Shown here: piece after piece, positions 48,237 to 56,585 of the stretch
How positions within the stretch are numbered: position 1 is the stretch's first letter
Layout: each line of letters begins with the position of its first letter
From: a virus
Taxonomy: Duplodnaviria; Caudoviricetes
Reading direction: 5' to 3' (one strand)
DNA length: 64,000 nucleotides
IMG/VR virus record: IMGVR_UViG_3300036976_000011
Span: 1 to 64,000 of that record
Position numbers and translations under genes: made by a program
The notes under the pieces: generated by a model
Database searches by the model: none
Seen by the model: only the letters and a program-made list of their open reading frames with translations
What the model was told of the DNA's origin: nothing

Positions 48237-48447
48237 CCTGCGATTGGGGAATTGAACCCGCACCTCAGTCCTTTATCCTAGAGCGAATCGCCAACGCTCC
48301 CGTGCCATATCCACTGCTGCCCAGGACGCACCAGTGCTCACAGCCCTTGTCGAATTATTGCACTGAGGCTAAAGCCGGCTTCGCCCCCGCTTGCCACCTT
48401 GACCAGGGTATGGCAATCGCAGTGGCAGATGGATGCGCCCTGGGCAG
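48237..48447 (-). ncRNA. structured ncRNA with 3' tRNA-like module
   Basis: 14-bp CTGCCCAGGGCGCA/TGCGTCCTGGGCAG, 9-bp CTGCGATTG/CAATCGCAG, CCTCAGT/ACTGAGG, GGGTTCAATTCCC T-arm. Confidence 0.6.
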
Positions 48448-48472
48448 TTGTGGATTTTAACGTGCTTGCGAA

Positions 48473-48562
48473 TGCGTCAGGACAGAATCGAACTGCCAAT
48501 GTTACCCAATCGGGACCGGGGTTACAGCCCGGCGCTACACAACCAATAGTAGCCTCTGACGC
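48473..48562 (-). tRNA. tRNA-Tyr(GTA), no encoded CCA
   Basis: Acceptor GCGTCAG/CTGACGC, anticodon loop CTGTAAC, long variable arm, TTCGATT. Confidence 0.9.
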
Positions 48563-48577
48563 ATGTGGGCTTTAACT

Positions 48578-48606
48578 AGGATAGCCCTATTTCCCTGACT
48601 TGTCAA
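48578..48606 (-). promoter_or_regulatory. sigma70 promoter for tRNA-Tyr and the downstream ncRNA
   Basis: TTGACA-17-TATCCT. Confidence 0.75.
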
Positions 48607-48704
48607 CGGCCTAGTACCGCCCGACGGGGGCTCGTGCAGGGAACAAGCCCCGTGACACCTTCATCGCCTTGGCACAGTATGTCGCCATTTGGTCAGTCGG
48701 TGTG

Positions 48705-48778
48705 TGGGACCGGCAGAAGTCGAATCTGCAACCTCTTGAGTCTAAGTCAAGCGCCTCTACCAATTGGGCTACGGTCCC
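48705..48778 (-). tRNA. tRNA-Leu(TAG) with short variable loop
   Basis: GGGACCG/CGGTCCC, CTTGA-CTTAGAC-TCAAG, 5-nt variable loop, TTCGACT. Confidence 0.88.
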
Positions 48779-49026
48779 ATGTGCTTGGTCTAGTACAATT
48801 CCACAATCCAGTTGCCTGAAGCAGAATCACACAACAGCATCCTGCCCAGAAACGTCCGTTCCCTCTCGTGCCGCAGCAGATCTTCTGCCACGCTGCCGCA
48901 CCTTGATATCGCAACAATTGTGTACTCATTGGCAAGAACGGTGTAATATTTGTTGTTGGCTTTTGCTTGATTGCTCAAGATTTGATTGACTGTAGTCTCC
49001 ATCTGGCTTCTCAATTGTGAAAGTTT

Positions 49027-49085
49027 GCCGGTTATTATTCTCTGCCGACCGGCGGCGGCGCATCTTCTACTCACACTAGTGGACC
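49027..49085. repeat. 59-bp direct repeat, copy 1
   Basis: Identical to 50750-50808. Confidence 0.95.
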
Positions 49086-49233
49086 TTAACTAGAATTGGT
49101 CCTGTATCTCATAGTGCCCGCGTCTCCCGTCCTGGAATTTCGTTTCAGAGGTCTAGTACCAATTTAAGCGATGGCCCAGGATACCGTCACTTCCGACACC
49201 CACGGTACAAGCGACCGGGCGAATTGGGTATGA

Positions 49234-49308
49234 TGGACGCAGCCAGATTCGAACTGGCGACTTCTGCATTTTCAGTGCAGCGCAACTACCAGGCTGTGCT
49301 ATGCGTCC
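49234..49308 (-). tRNA. tRNA-Phe(GAA), no encoded CCA
   Basis: GGACGCA/TGCGTCC, CTGCA-CTGAAAA-TGCAG, TTCGAAT. Confidence 0.92.
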
Positions 49309-49316
49309 AAGTTGCC

Positions 49317-49463
49317 GGCGGCTTGAGAATTGGTAGTATTTTGACCGCCTTCAGTATGACGACAGCGGCAGGCGTCCAATTGTTAACGATGTAGTTATCA
49401 CACACCGGTCATTTTCGCCGCCTGGTTCGCCAAGCCCGCAATACTACCAATTCTCAAGCCGCC
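49317..49463. repeat. perfect 24-bp inverted repeat enclosing about 99 nt
   Basis: GGCGGCTTGAGAATTGGTAGTATT / AATACTACCAATTCTCAAGCCGCC; overlaps the ligase stop. Confidence 0.9.
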
Positions 49464-50722
49464 TCCTCACGATCCACGAAATCTTCACTGTCTTTTAGGT
49501 AGCCCTCTAACAAGCCAAAGGTAAATGACTTGTGTTTGTAGAAGTGCGTACCGTGTTCATTGTCAACTCGAATAGCCACACCTTCACGGATATGGCTACT
49601 ATCTAGCACAGAAGGCCCGTCAATATAGCTCTCAATTACGGCGCGCAACCCTCTACCATCCAGGGTATGAAAACGCTGACTATACTCCGGTACATGATCA
49701 ATGCCAAGCTCATCGCAGCGTCGTTTTACATCGCGCCACGGGAGCTCAAATTGCACACCGTCCTCGTTTGCCTGCACGATACGATAGACAAATGCCTTGC
49801 ACTCCCCAGGTTCACAGCCGTAGGAATATATCATCTCGTCACCGTAGCTCTTTTTGACATCCCCGTCACGGAGCTTGCTGATGTTTTGCGGTTGCATAAT
49901 GGGCTCGTTTTGGCCAGCCCATCCGACAATCTCCATATAGACGACTTCGCCTTTGTGGAGATTGTTTTGTAGTCTTTCGACGGCCCTGTAACGAAAACCG
50001 TCGTTGCTATAATAAGTTGCGCCGTCATGGTGCTCAAGAATTACACGCCGCGTACCAGACAAATAGCGCCAAGCCATTTTGTGACTAAATCGAGCGCCAA
50101 ATCTATTCAGTGCTCGTTTCCACCACGGCAGCGGCATCTTATCCAGCACATGACCAAGTCGGTGACTCGTGCCGTGCAATTTTTCCGTGATCGTTATGAG
50201 TGATTCTGGCGGTATAATATCTGCTGCATCTCTGAACTGGTCAGTTTTAATGTGCATTCTAAACATGGTAGTTTCACGGCGATGTTTGATACTGCGCTGG
50301 CGCGCATGTCGCGTGGCTCTAGTGACATACTTATTACAAATTGGTACGCCATTAAGGCTATCAAACTCATCGCCTATCTTGAGCCTATCAAGATCATGAC
50401 CTGTAAATTCAAAGTATGACAGCGGCGCAAGAAACCCTTCGCTCTTTGCGCCACGGAATTTCTGTGCGCGCACGCGACGATTAGCTTCAAAAAAGCCACC
50501 CTCTTTTGCTCCCGTCTCTGGATTTGTGCGCCGAACTAGGTCATTGGATTGTGCAAATTGCTCGCTTAGTTGACCATCGGATCGAAAAAACACCATCAAG
50601 TCACCGTCTTGCGTATTCAGACCAACAACGACTTGATAGCCTAGTGCTGTGGCTAATTTTAGTCTGTCAGCATCTGGATGGGGTCGCGTATAGACTTTGA
50701 CAACTTTGGCTTTGTAGGTCAT
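49454..50722 (-). CDS. RNA ligase (Rnl2/DRB0094-like) with N-terminal OB fold
   Basis: HPDADRL, motif I TEKLHGTS, YMEIVG, REGVAIR, FYKHKS. Confidence 0.88.
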   Translation of the reverse strand: MTYKAKVVKVYTRPHPDADRLKLATALGYQVVVGLNTQDGDLMVFFRSDGQLSEQFAQSNDLVRRTNPETGAKEGGFFEANRRVRAQKFRGAKSEGFLAPLSYFEFTGHDLDRLKIGDEFDSLNGVPICNKYVTRATRHARQRSIKHRRETTMFRMHIKTDQFRDAADIIPPESLITITEKLHGTSHRLGHVLDKMPLPWWKRALNRFGARFSHKMAWRYLSGTRRVILEHHDGATYYSNDGFRYRAVERLQNNLHKGEVVYMEIVGWAGQNEPIMQPQNISKLRDGDVKKSYGDEMIYSYGCEPGECKAFVYRIVQANEDGVQFELPWRDVKRRCDELGIDHVPEYSQRFHTLDGRGLRAVIESYIDGPSVLDSSHIREGVAIRVDNEHGTHFYKHKSFTFGLLEGYLKDSEDFVDREEAA

Positions 50723-50749
50723 TTTTTCCACCTCTGAATAAGCATTCTC

Positions 50750-50808
50750 GCCGGTTATTATTCTCTGCCGACCGGCGGCGGCGCATCTTCTACTCACACT
50801 AGTGGACC
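50750..50808. repeat. 59-bp direct repeat, copy 2
   Basis: Identical to 49027-49085. Confidence 0.95.
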
Positions 50809-51544
50809 AGGGGAGACTTGAACTCCCTCGCGGGGACTATTTGCTAGCATTGTCATCCCCACTATTCTGTGACCTGCCAGTCACAGCACAACCGCTATCC
50901 CAAGAGCGGCAACTTCTGGCCCGTGTTGCCGGTTTTGCTATCGCACTCCGGCTCGTGCGCCCTGTTTGGCTGCGGGAACCAGCACGGGCGCGGTTGTTAT
51001 CCCTAATGTCCGTTAGCTTCCACCTACTCACCTGTGTTTTCGGCTTCACCCCCTCAAGCGCCCCGGTCAACACACAGAGCTTGGGTTTCACCACGGCCTT
51101 GATCATGGGCCACGGACTAATGCCCGCTACGGGATGTTGGCGCAGTTGGGAAGTCGAACCCACTTTGTACTACGGAACCCTCTCCGCGCCAATGTTGCCG
51201 CTCTGCCGTCATTGCTCTGGTGGGGCCGTGGCCTGAGCAGGCTTGATCGGTGATTCCCCGTCACGAACAGAGCAAACATTTTGTTAAAGTCAGCCCGTGG
51301 GCCAGGTCTTTCACCTGCCTAGCCACGTCTGGCACGGTCGGGACACATTCAGGACCGCTGTAGTGCGTGTCACTTCTGCTACAGTCGCCACGGGCCAACT
51401 GGCGCGGTAGACAAGTGCTCATCCACCGCCAGGGACACTCTACACACGGTCGGTGCGCACCATCTTGGGCTAGGGGCGGGTAGCATTCGCGCCCGCCACG
51501 CTGAGCCAGTTTCCGTGCCTTATAGGGGGGTAGAGTGCCCCTGG
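50803..51544 (-). ncRNA. large (about 740 nt) highly structured ncRNA region with two T-arm modules
   Basis: More than 15 GC-rich stems visible by eye, a GAAA tetraloop, T-arms at about 51137-51192 and 50803-50826, and no credible RBS-led ORF. Confidence 0.65.
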
Positions 51545-51996
51545 TGAGTGATGAACTATCGTTGACATTTCTTGCACATTTTCAAGCTCGGTCTTTCTTG
51601 ATAGAGAGCAGCCCGCCCATTATGAACACGCAAGCCACATTTTGTGTAATGTGCATGGACGCGCTCATGATAAACTCTACTCCCTTTTACAACGACGTAC
51701 TTTTTCATATTTTCCTCTCTCGCCCATCACTAGCCACACGAGCGCCAGCACGCGCAGGGTCTCAAGGCTGGTCAACGCGCCGTCCCAGGTCGTTGGACTG
51801 TGACGCCCGCGTGGCGACTGATGAATCAATCATCAAGAAGGTTCCGTAGAAACATGCTTGTTGAGCAAGCAGACAATGCGCTAATCCACCCATCCGCCCC
51901 TAGCGCCTGCATTGCGATAAACATTAGCAGACCGCCCCACAGAGACAGTATATAATTTATTGTTTGTTTAATCACCTTTTTTTCTCTCAATCCCTC

Positions 51997-52209
51997 TCAG
52001 CGAAACGCTATCAGGGAGCGATTGTCATACGTCCAGCATGACAACACACGCACGTGATCGCTCTCAATGCACAGCCTGGTAAATGCCTTAGCGTCATCAC
52101 GTGTGTCGAAGTCTGCCCGTGCTCTCCAGCCAGGGGAACCGTAGTTTTTTGGTGGTCTAACAAACGTTGCCCCAAGCTCTTCTGCCTCTTGCTCAAAATT
52201 ACCCTTGTT
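51997..52209 (-). CDS. hypothetical protein
   Basis: AAGGGAGG RBS; MINKGNF. Confidence 0.6.
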   Translation of the reverse strand, partial: NKGNFEQEAEELGATFVRPPKNYGSPGWRARADFDTRDDAKAFTRLCIESDHVRVLSCWTYDNRSLIAFR

Positions 52210-52214
52210 TATCA

Positions 52215-52435
52215 TTTGCCTGCCTCCCTTTTTCAACCCCTCTCAGTAGACCAGAACCGTCATCCTGGTCACTGTCCGGGTGACTACCGGAGGTACATTG
52301 CCTCGTCAGGCGCACAGACAGCCTGCTGATTTCCCGGCCCACTGAGAGGGATCGAATTTTTAAAGCGCGACCAGGGCATTGCCTCAATGTCATCCAATCT
52401 CTCTTGTCTACGTCAGCGCGATGGCCCTGGCCGAC
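52215..52435 (-). ncRNA. structured leader RNA with pseudoknot
   Basis: GCCAGGGC/GCCCTGGT, CCCTCTCAGT/ACTGAGAGGG, CCGG-TAGTCAC-CCGG loop pairing with GTGAC. Confidence 0.5.
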
Positions 52436-52441
52436 ATTAGA

Positions 52442-52470
52442 ATTATAGCACACTTTAACCAGTGTGTCAA
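52442..52470 (-). promoter_or_regulatory. consensus sigma70 promoter (twin of 57202-57230)
   Basis: TTGACA-cactggttaaagtgtgc-TATAAT. Confidence 0.9.
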
Positions 52471-52913
52471 GTGTTTCGTTTGAATAGTAGCCCTTCCCGG
52501 CGGCACTTGGCCTGCACGGCCCTTGGTGTCCTGTCCAGTTTTTTAGCCATCGCGGAGCATGTCATCGTCTTGTAAAATTTGTGCAGAAACTCAACCTGGT
52601 CTTTCTGCCAATACATCGAGCCAACGCCAACGCCAAGCCTCTGCGCCCGCTGATTTACTGCTATTGCAGACCGCCCTAGTTCCTCTGCAAGTTCACTCGC
52701 TGGCAAATGTTTATTTGCTAGCAACCTAGCGTCATCTTCGTCTGTCCATCGCTTGAGCTTACGCAGCCCAAGTTGCCTGCGCTTTTGTTTTATGGCTTCG
52801 GCAGTGCGGTTGAGTCGCTTGCCTATCTGTTCATCAGTACAATGACGCCAGTACCATTTTAGGTATCGGGTTTCAAGGGAGGTCCAGGATTTGTTCGTTT
52901 TCATGTGTAGCAC
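52467..52913 (-). CDS. triple Myb/SANT-like repeat DNA-binding protein
   Basis: Three WTxxE/D...L...IG/LA..LxRT..AI..K/R...LG repeats. Confidence 0.75.
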   Translation of the reverse strand: MLHMKTNKSWTSLETRYLKWYWRHCTDEQIGKRLNRTAEAIKQKRRQLGLRKLKRWTDEDDARLLANKHLPASELAEELGRSAIAVNQRAQRLGVGVGSMYWQKDQVEFLHKFYKTMTCSAMAKKLDRTPRAVQAKCRREGLLFKRNT

Positions 52914-53638
52914 CGCACTTCTGGAAATTCAGCGGCAAAGCGGTTGAAACCTTCTAAATTCTCACACTTGCTTCGAGCTAGACCGCCGTAATCTGCCATC
53001 ATTCTTGTGACCCTGGCAGTAGTACGTACTTGCAAGCCTTGCTCCTTGTATAGATTCAAAAGCGGCAGGTTGTGCTCTGAAATATACGCCGCCAGGTCCA
53101 GGAGCTCCCACTCCATGATTGGACAACACCGGTATTTACTATCAACATATTTAAAAATAGTTGGATGGGGCTGTCCTTTCCAGCGGCTTGACAATGTTCG
53201 TTCTCTGTCCGCGCTTTCACCTTTAGATAGCCCCCAGTACCAACCGTCCCAATATTCACGCTTTGTCATAGTTTGTAAGTCCCATTGCCCCTTATCTCTA
53301 CTCTCTTGCCATGATTCAGAATTTGTAATATTAAGCGTCTGTACAATGGTTAATTCAATCGGCCATTGAGCCAAGAACGTCTCTATGACTTCCTGAAAAT
53401 TGTGTATCCACCATGATTCCTCTGAGGCAAGAAAGTACATTGGTATTTGTGGAGCAATTTGGTATATCATGTGTGCTAGGCAAACAGATTGTTTGCCAAA
53501 GGAGACTGAGACATACGCTCTTGGAGCTAGCCTGAGCATTTCCTCAATACCAGACAGAGCAAAATCTAATCTGTATCGCCTCTGCCGCAATCGAGCATAA
53601 AGCCTTGCTTCAGCCATTTGCCTTTCAAATATCTTCAT
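52901..53638 (-). CDS. cysH: CysH/PAPS-reductase-like protein of type IV-B CRISPR-Cas
   Basis: YVSVSFGKQS (PP-loop variant), WGLSKGESADR, CCPIMEW...DLAAYI..HNLP.L.LY. Confidence 0.85.
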   Translation of the reverse strand: MKIFERQMAEARLYARLRQRRYRLDFALSGIEEMLRLAPRAYVSVSFGKQSVCLAHMIYQIAPQIPMYFLASEESWWIHNFQEVIETFLAQWPIELTIVQTLNITNSESWQESRDKGQWDLQTMTKREYWDGWYWGLSKGESADRERTLSSRWKGQPHPTIFKYVDSKYRCCPIMEWELLDLAAYISEHNLPLLNLYKEQGLQVRTTARVTRMMADYGGLARSKCENLEGFNRFAAEFPEVRCYT

Positions 53639-54041
53639 TGCGTCGCCACTCCCACAAAGCTATTGCCAAAGCTGCCTCTACCGTTAGCCCAGAAACACAG
53701 CCGATCATAGGTATTTGCACTTTCTGCGCAGCGCGTAGCGACCTTGGCAATCCATTTGATTCACCACCAAGCACTATCGTCGTCACCTCGGACCAATCCG
53801 TTGATTCTATTGAGTGCTCGTAATAGGTTTCAAGAGCCAATAGGCCATACGGCAACGGCCAATCAGATAGCGTCTCCAGATCAACTCTATCCTTTGCCTT
53901 GAAAAGATTTCCGGCCAAGAGGGCGCTTCCGCAGTCCAATAACAAAAGCCGAGACACACCAAATGCTTCTGCGGTACGGTAGGCTCTATTCAGGTTCCGA
54001 TTTACTTGATAAAGTAGAACGTCCACCAAATACCTCGTCAT
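53625..54041 (-). CDS. minimal SPOUT (SpoU/TrmL-like) RNA 2'-O-methyltransferase
   Basis: NRNL.RAYRTAEAFG, IVLGGESNGLP, VQIPMIG...GLTVEAALAIALWE. Confidence 0.8.
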   Translation of the reverse strand: MTRYLVDVLLYQVNRNLNRAYRTAEAFGVSRLLLLDCGSALLAGNLFKAKDRVDLETLSDWPLPYGLLALETYYEHSIESTDWSEVTTIVLGGESNGLPRSLRAAQKVQIPMIGCVSGLTVEAALAIALWEWRRNEDI

Positions 54042-54525
54042 TCATAGCACGCCACGGGTGCTTCTTTCCCCTTGGCCTTTGCGCCATTTCTTTGGCCCAT
54101 CTGCGTCGCTGTTCCCACCATTTTGGCGAGCGATTATAAATCACGCCGCGCAAGTTATCAGGCGTGTATCTATACACAGTAAACTCAGATACACCAAGCT
54201 TGCTGGCAACTTCACAGCACCGCTTCCTTTGAACCAAGCGCATGTCAATAATTGCCTCGGTTGCATTCTGATAACCCAGCATCATCGCTTTCCTATCGGT
54301 CTCAGTTACGCTACTTCTGTTATCGTGCTTGTGAGCACTTTTGTCTATAGGCAATCCAAATAACTTTCTCCAATTGAAAAGCGCCCGTGTAGACACACCA
54401 AGCACGCCTGCTATCGTGCCCCACGAGCACCCCTGCTCGCGCATTCCGGCGATTACATCTTTGACCGGTTCTTCAAATTCACTCTCTATTCTATTCCACA
54501 ATTTTTGTCTCGTGGCAATGCTCAT
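53986..54525 (-). CDS. double HTH protein
   Basis: SWGTIAGVLGVSTRALFNWRK and CEVASKLGVSEFTVYRY. Confidence 0.7.
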   Translation of the reverse strand: MSIATRQKLWNRIESEFEEPVKDVIAGMREQGCSWGTIAGVLGVSTRALFNWRKLFGLPIDKSAHKHDNRSSVTETDRKAMMLGYQNATEAIIDMRLVQRKRCCEVASKLGVSEFTVYRYTPDNLRGVIYNRSPKWWEQRRRWAKEMAQRPRGKKHPWRAMNDEVFGGRSTLSSKSEPE

Positions 54526-55262
54526 CCTGGAACCGCCAAGCGTCTTTGGTGCTCAGGCCGGTAATAAGATGGTCTAAGACCATAATGCGCAATGTTGAAT
54601 GGCTTGAACTCGCCGTGTTGCTGGATGAGTTCAAGCGCGTCCTCTTTTGGCACACCACGCGTCAACTCACCATTACGCCAGAGCGACCAATTTTCCTGCC
54701 AACTTTCAACTGTCCAGAACACGCGCCCCCACCCCTGACTTGCTTTCTTTCCTATATGCGTCATGGTGCTAAGAAGCGCCTCAATTTCGCCTCTATCACC
54801 AATGCAATACCAATGCACGCGCTCGGCTACCCGCGCAAAGACCGGCATGTGATAAGCCCGATATTTGCCTTGTTCAACGATAACCTTCCCGCGTCGCGTG
54901 CCAAAGTCTACCAGGTCTGCGTACTGCGTGTCAAATCGCTTATTCCAGTGACTTGTGTCCTCTGCGATCCACCACGGCTGAGGCTGTGCCCACGAACACG
55001 CAAAATACCAGTCAGGTGTACCATGGTTGATGATTTTGAGCGGCATGTGAATCCCGCGCAGGTTCGTCCTGACACCGCCCGGCAGCGTGGCCTGCTGTGG
55101 ACCGTGTGCTAGCCTATGCGCCTGATACCACAAGAGACCGTCTAGTGGCAACCACTGGTCACATATTGGATTCGTGCGGAATCGCGCCGTGACACGCAAT
55201 GGCTCGTAAGCTTTACCGTAAGGCATTGAGTAGCTCCCGGATATTGTCAGCATGGCTCTCAA
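54522..55262 (-). CDS. csf3: Csf3 (Cas5-like RAMP), type IV
   Basis: PLRVTA, LPLDGLL, YFACSW, G.YRAYHMP, WYCIGD..EIE.LL....HIGKK.SQGWGRV, RP.Y. Confidence 0.88.
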   Translation of the reverse strand: MRAMLTISGSYSMPYGKAYEPLRVTARFRTNPICDQWLPLDGLLWYQAHRLAHGPQQATLPGGVRTNLRGIHMPLKIINHGTPDWYFACSWAQPQPWWIAEDTSHWNKRFDTQYADLVDFGTRRGKVIVEQGKYRAYHMPVFARVAERVHWYCIGDRGEIEALLSTMTHIGKKASQGWGRVFWTVESWQENWSLWRNGELTRGVPKEDALELIQQHGEFKPFNIAHYGLRPSYYRPEHQRRLAVPG

Positions 55263-56184
55263 GATGGCTCATGTAGCGATTGCCAAGCGGCAAGTCAACG
55301 TCTTTTCCCGTTGGCGCGATACGTGGATTTATCTCTATCCACTTGTCGAAGCTGATAGAGACTTTGCCATGCCCTGTGCCGGACTTGCCACCGATGTACG
55401 GCCTGCGCCCAAACTCTGCCAGCGTCACAGCGAATGCTTCAAATTCTACGTCTGTCACATCATCAAGCGCAATTTCCCAAAAGAAACGTGTGCCTGCCGC
55501 CAGCGTCTCGACCTGGTATCTCATTTGCTGCTTTTGGCCCGTTTTTTTTACCACATCCTGGTCTGTACCGGTTTTGGCGCGCTCATCTGCCGCCTTGGCC
55601 TCAAGCAAGCCACGTACCTCTGGCGCTATCAACTGACGTAGCTTTTCGTCTTTCTCATCGTCCTTGCGCGTGAACGCTTCGCGCTGGCACAAATCCCACA
55701 CCGAGACGAGCTCGCCGTCTGTGAAACGATCCGGCAGAATCCATGCAGTTTCTTCGCAAATCGGGATGACCTTACCGAATTTAGCCTTCCCAGGCAACAT
55801 CTGATTCCCACACGCCGCGCCAAAGAGCGCCAGAAGTGGGATAGCCTCGCGCCACTGCCGCGCCTTGTCAATATCAAGACCGCGGGAACCACCTTTTTCC
55901 AACGCGCCACCAGAAAAGAGCATGTAATACGCTGCCAGGCTCAAACCATGCACCTCTCCGTTTTCGTTCACGCCATAGCCAAGCTGACGTAGCATGTGGT
56001 ACATTCCAATGTCGCGGAAAAGTCCCCGCATCGAGTTGCCGCTAATAATTGGCACGATCTCTACCGTACCGTTACCTTGCGCTACCTTTTCGCGTCGCAG
56101 CATTGAGTTGATACCGTGTGTCTCTCCGATGTGCGAGATGCTGGTTAGCGCCGTAACGACGCCCTCAAAAATGTACGTGTGCAT
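55213..56184 (-). CDS. csf2: Csf2 (Cas7-like backbone), type IV
   Basis: LTSISH, VPIISGNSMRG..R, LFSGG.L, PL.ALFG, L.GK, IGGKSGTGHG. Confidence 0.92.
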   Translation of the reverse strand: MHTYIFEGVVTALTSISHIGETHGINSMLRREKVAQGNGTVEIVPIISGNSMRGLFRDIGMYHMLRQLGYGVNENGEVHGLSLAAYYMLFSGGALEKGGSRGLDIDKARQWREAIPLLALFGAACGNQMLPGKAKFGKVIPICEETAWILPDRFTDGELVSVWDLCQREAFTRKDDEKDEKLRQLIAPEVRGLLEAKAADERAKTGTDQDVVKKTGQKQQMRYQVETLAAGTRFFWEIALDDVTDVEFEAFAVTLAEFGRRPYIGGKSGTGHGKVSISFDKWIEINPRIAPTGKDVDLPLGNRYMSHLESHADNIRELLNALR

Positions 56185-56585
56185 TATGCCTCCTCAAATA
56201 GCGGAGCGTCTAGCGCCGCCTCTAGCTCATCTTGTTCTTTCCGACGTGCCTTGTACTCATCTTGTGCGTCCTGATTGCGTACGCGCACCATGAGCACGAG
56301 CAATATCGTTTCGTCCCTCATCAATTTCAAAATTGATCTATCCCGCCCCGAGTTTAATATCTTATTGGCTTCTACCTTCTCTGCTTTTGTCTTGCCGACG
56401 TTGGCATTAAGATTCAAACAAAGAGAGCTGACGAACGTCCCCAGGCTGCTCGTGTACGCTGCACTCCTCACCTGGTCCTCGAACTGTTGCCATATCGTCG
56501 TTCGGTAACGGCTCTTGTAATCTGGTGGTACGCCGCGCCAAATTATCCACAGAAACTCTGCCGCCTCTTGATGCTCTGGTGTCAT
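56184..56585 (-). CDS. cas11: Cas11-like small subunit, type IV-B
   Basis: Helical protein ...IWQQFEDQVRSAAYTSSL..F...L..MRDET..LV..VR between csf1 and csf2; AGGAG RBS. Confidence 0.78.
   Translation of the reverse strand: MTPEHQEAAEFLWIIWRGVPPDYKSRYRTTIWQQFEDQVRSAAYTSSLGTFVSSLCLNLNANVGKTKAEKVEANKILNSGRDRSILKLMRDETILLVLMVRVRNQDAQDEYKARRKEQDELEAALDAPLFEEA

Noticed and set aside
48700-48780. Amber suppressor tRNA or stop-codon recoding
   Set aside because: The anticodon is TAG (reads CTA), not CTA, and genes are intact under code 11 with TAG stops.
49086-49233. Theta/HDV-like ribozyme behind tRNA-Phe
   Set aside because: Several stems exist, but I could not build the P1/P1.1/P2/P3 nested double pseudoknot.
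50803-51135. tmRNA (T-arm, possible G3-U pair, APVLVPAA-like frame)
   Set aside because: No GGGG..GGATTCGAC 5' end, the acceptor would be only 6 bp, and the candidate tag has no stop after AA. Kept as an unknown ncRNA.
50837-51163. 108-aa ORF inside the ncRNA region
   Set aside because: No RBS, composition not protein-like, and it coincides with dense RNA helices.
52300-52345. Hammerhead ribozyme (CTGACGA and GAAA present)
   Set aside because: Stems I-III cannot be built properly: no C before GAAA, 2-nt loop, 7-nt stem I.
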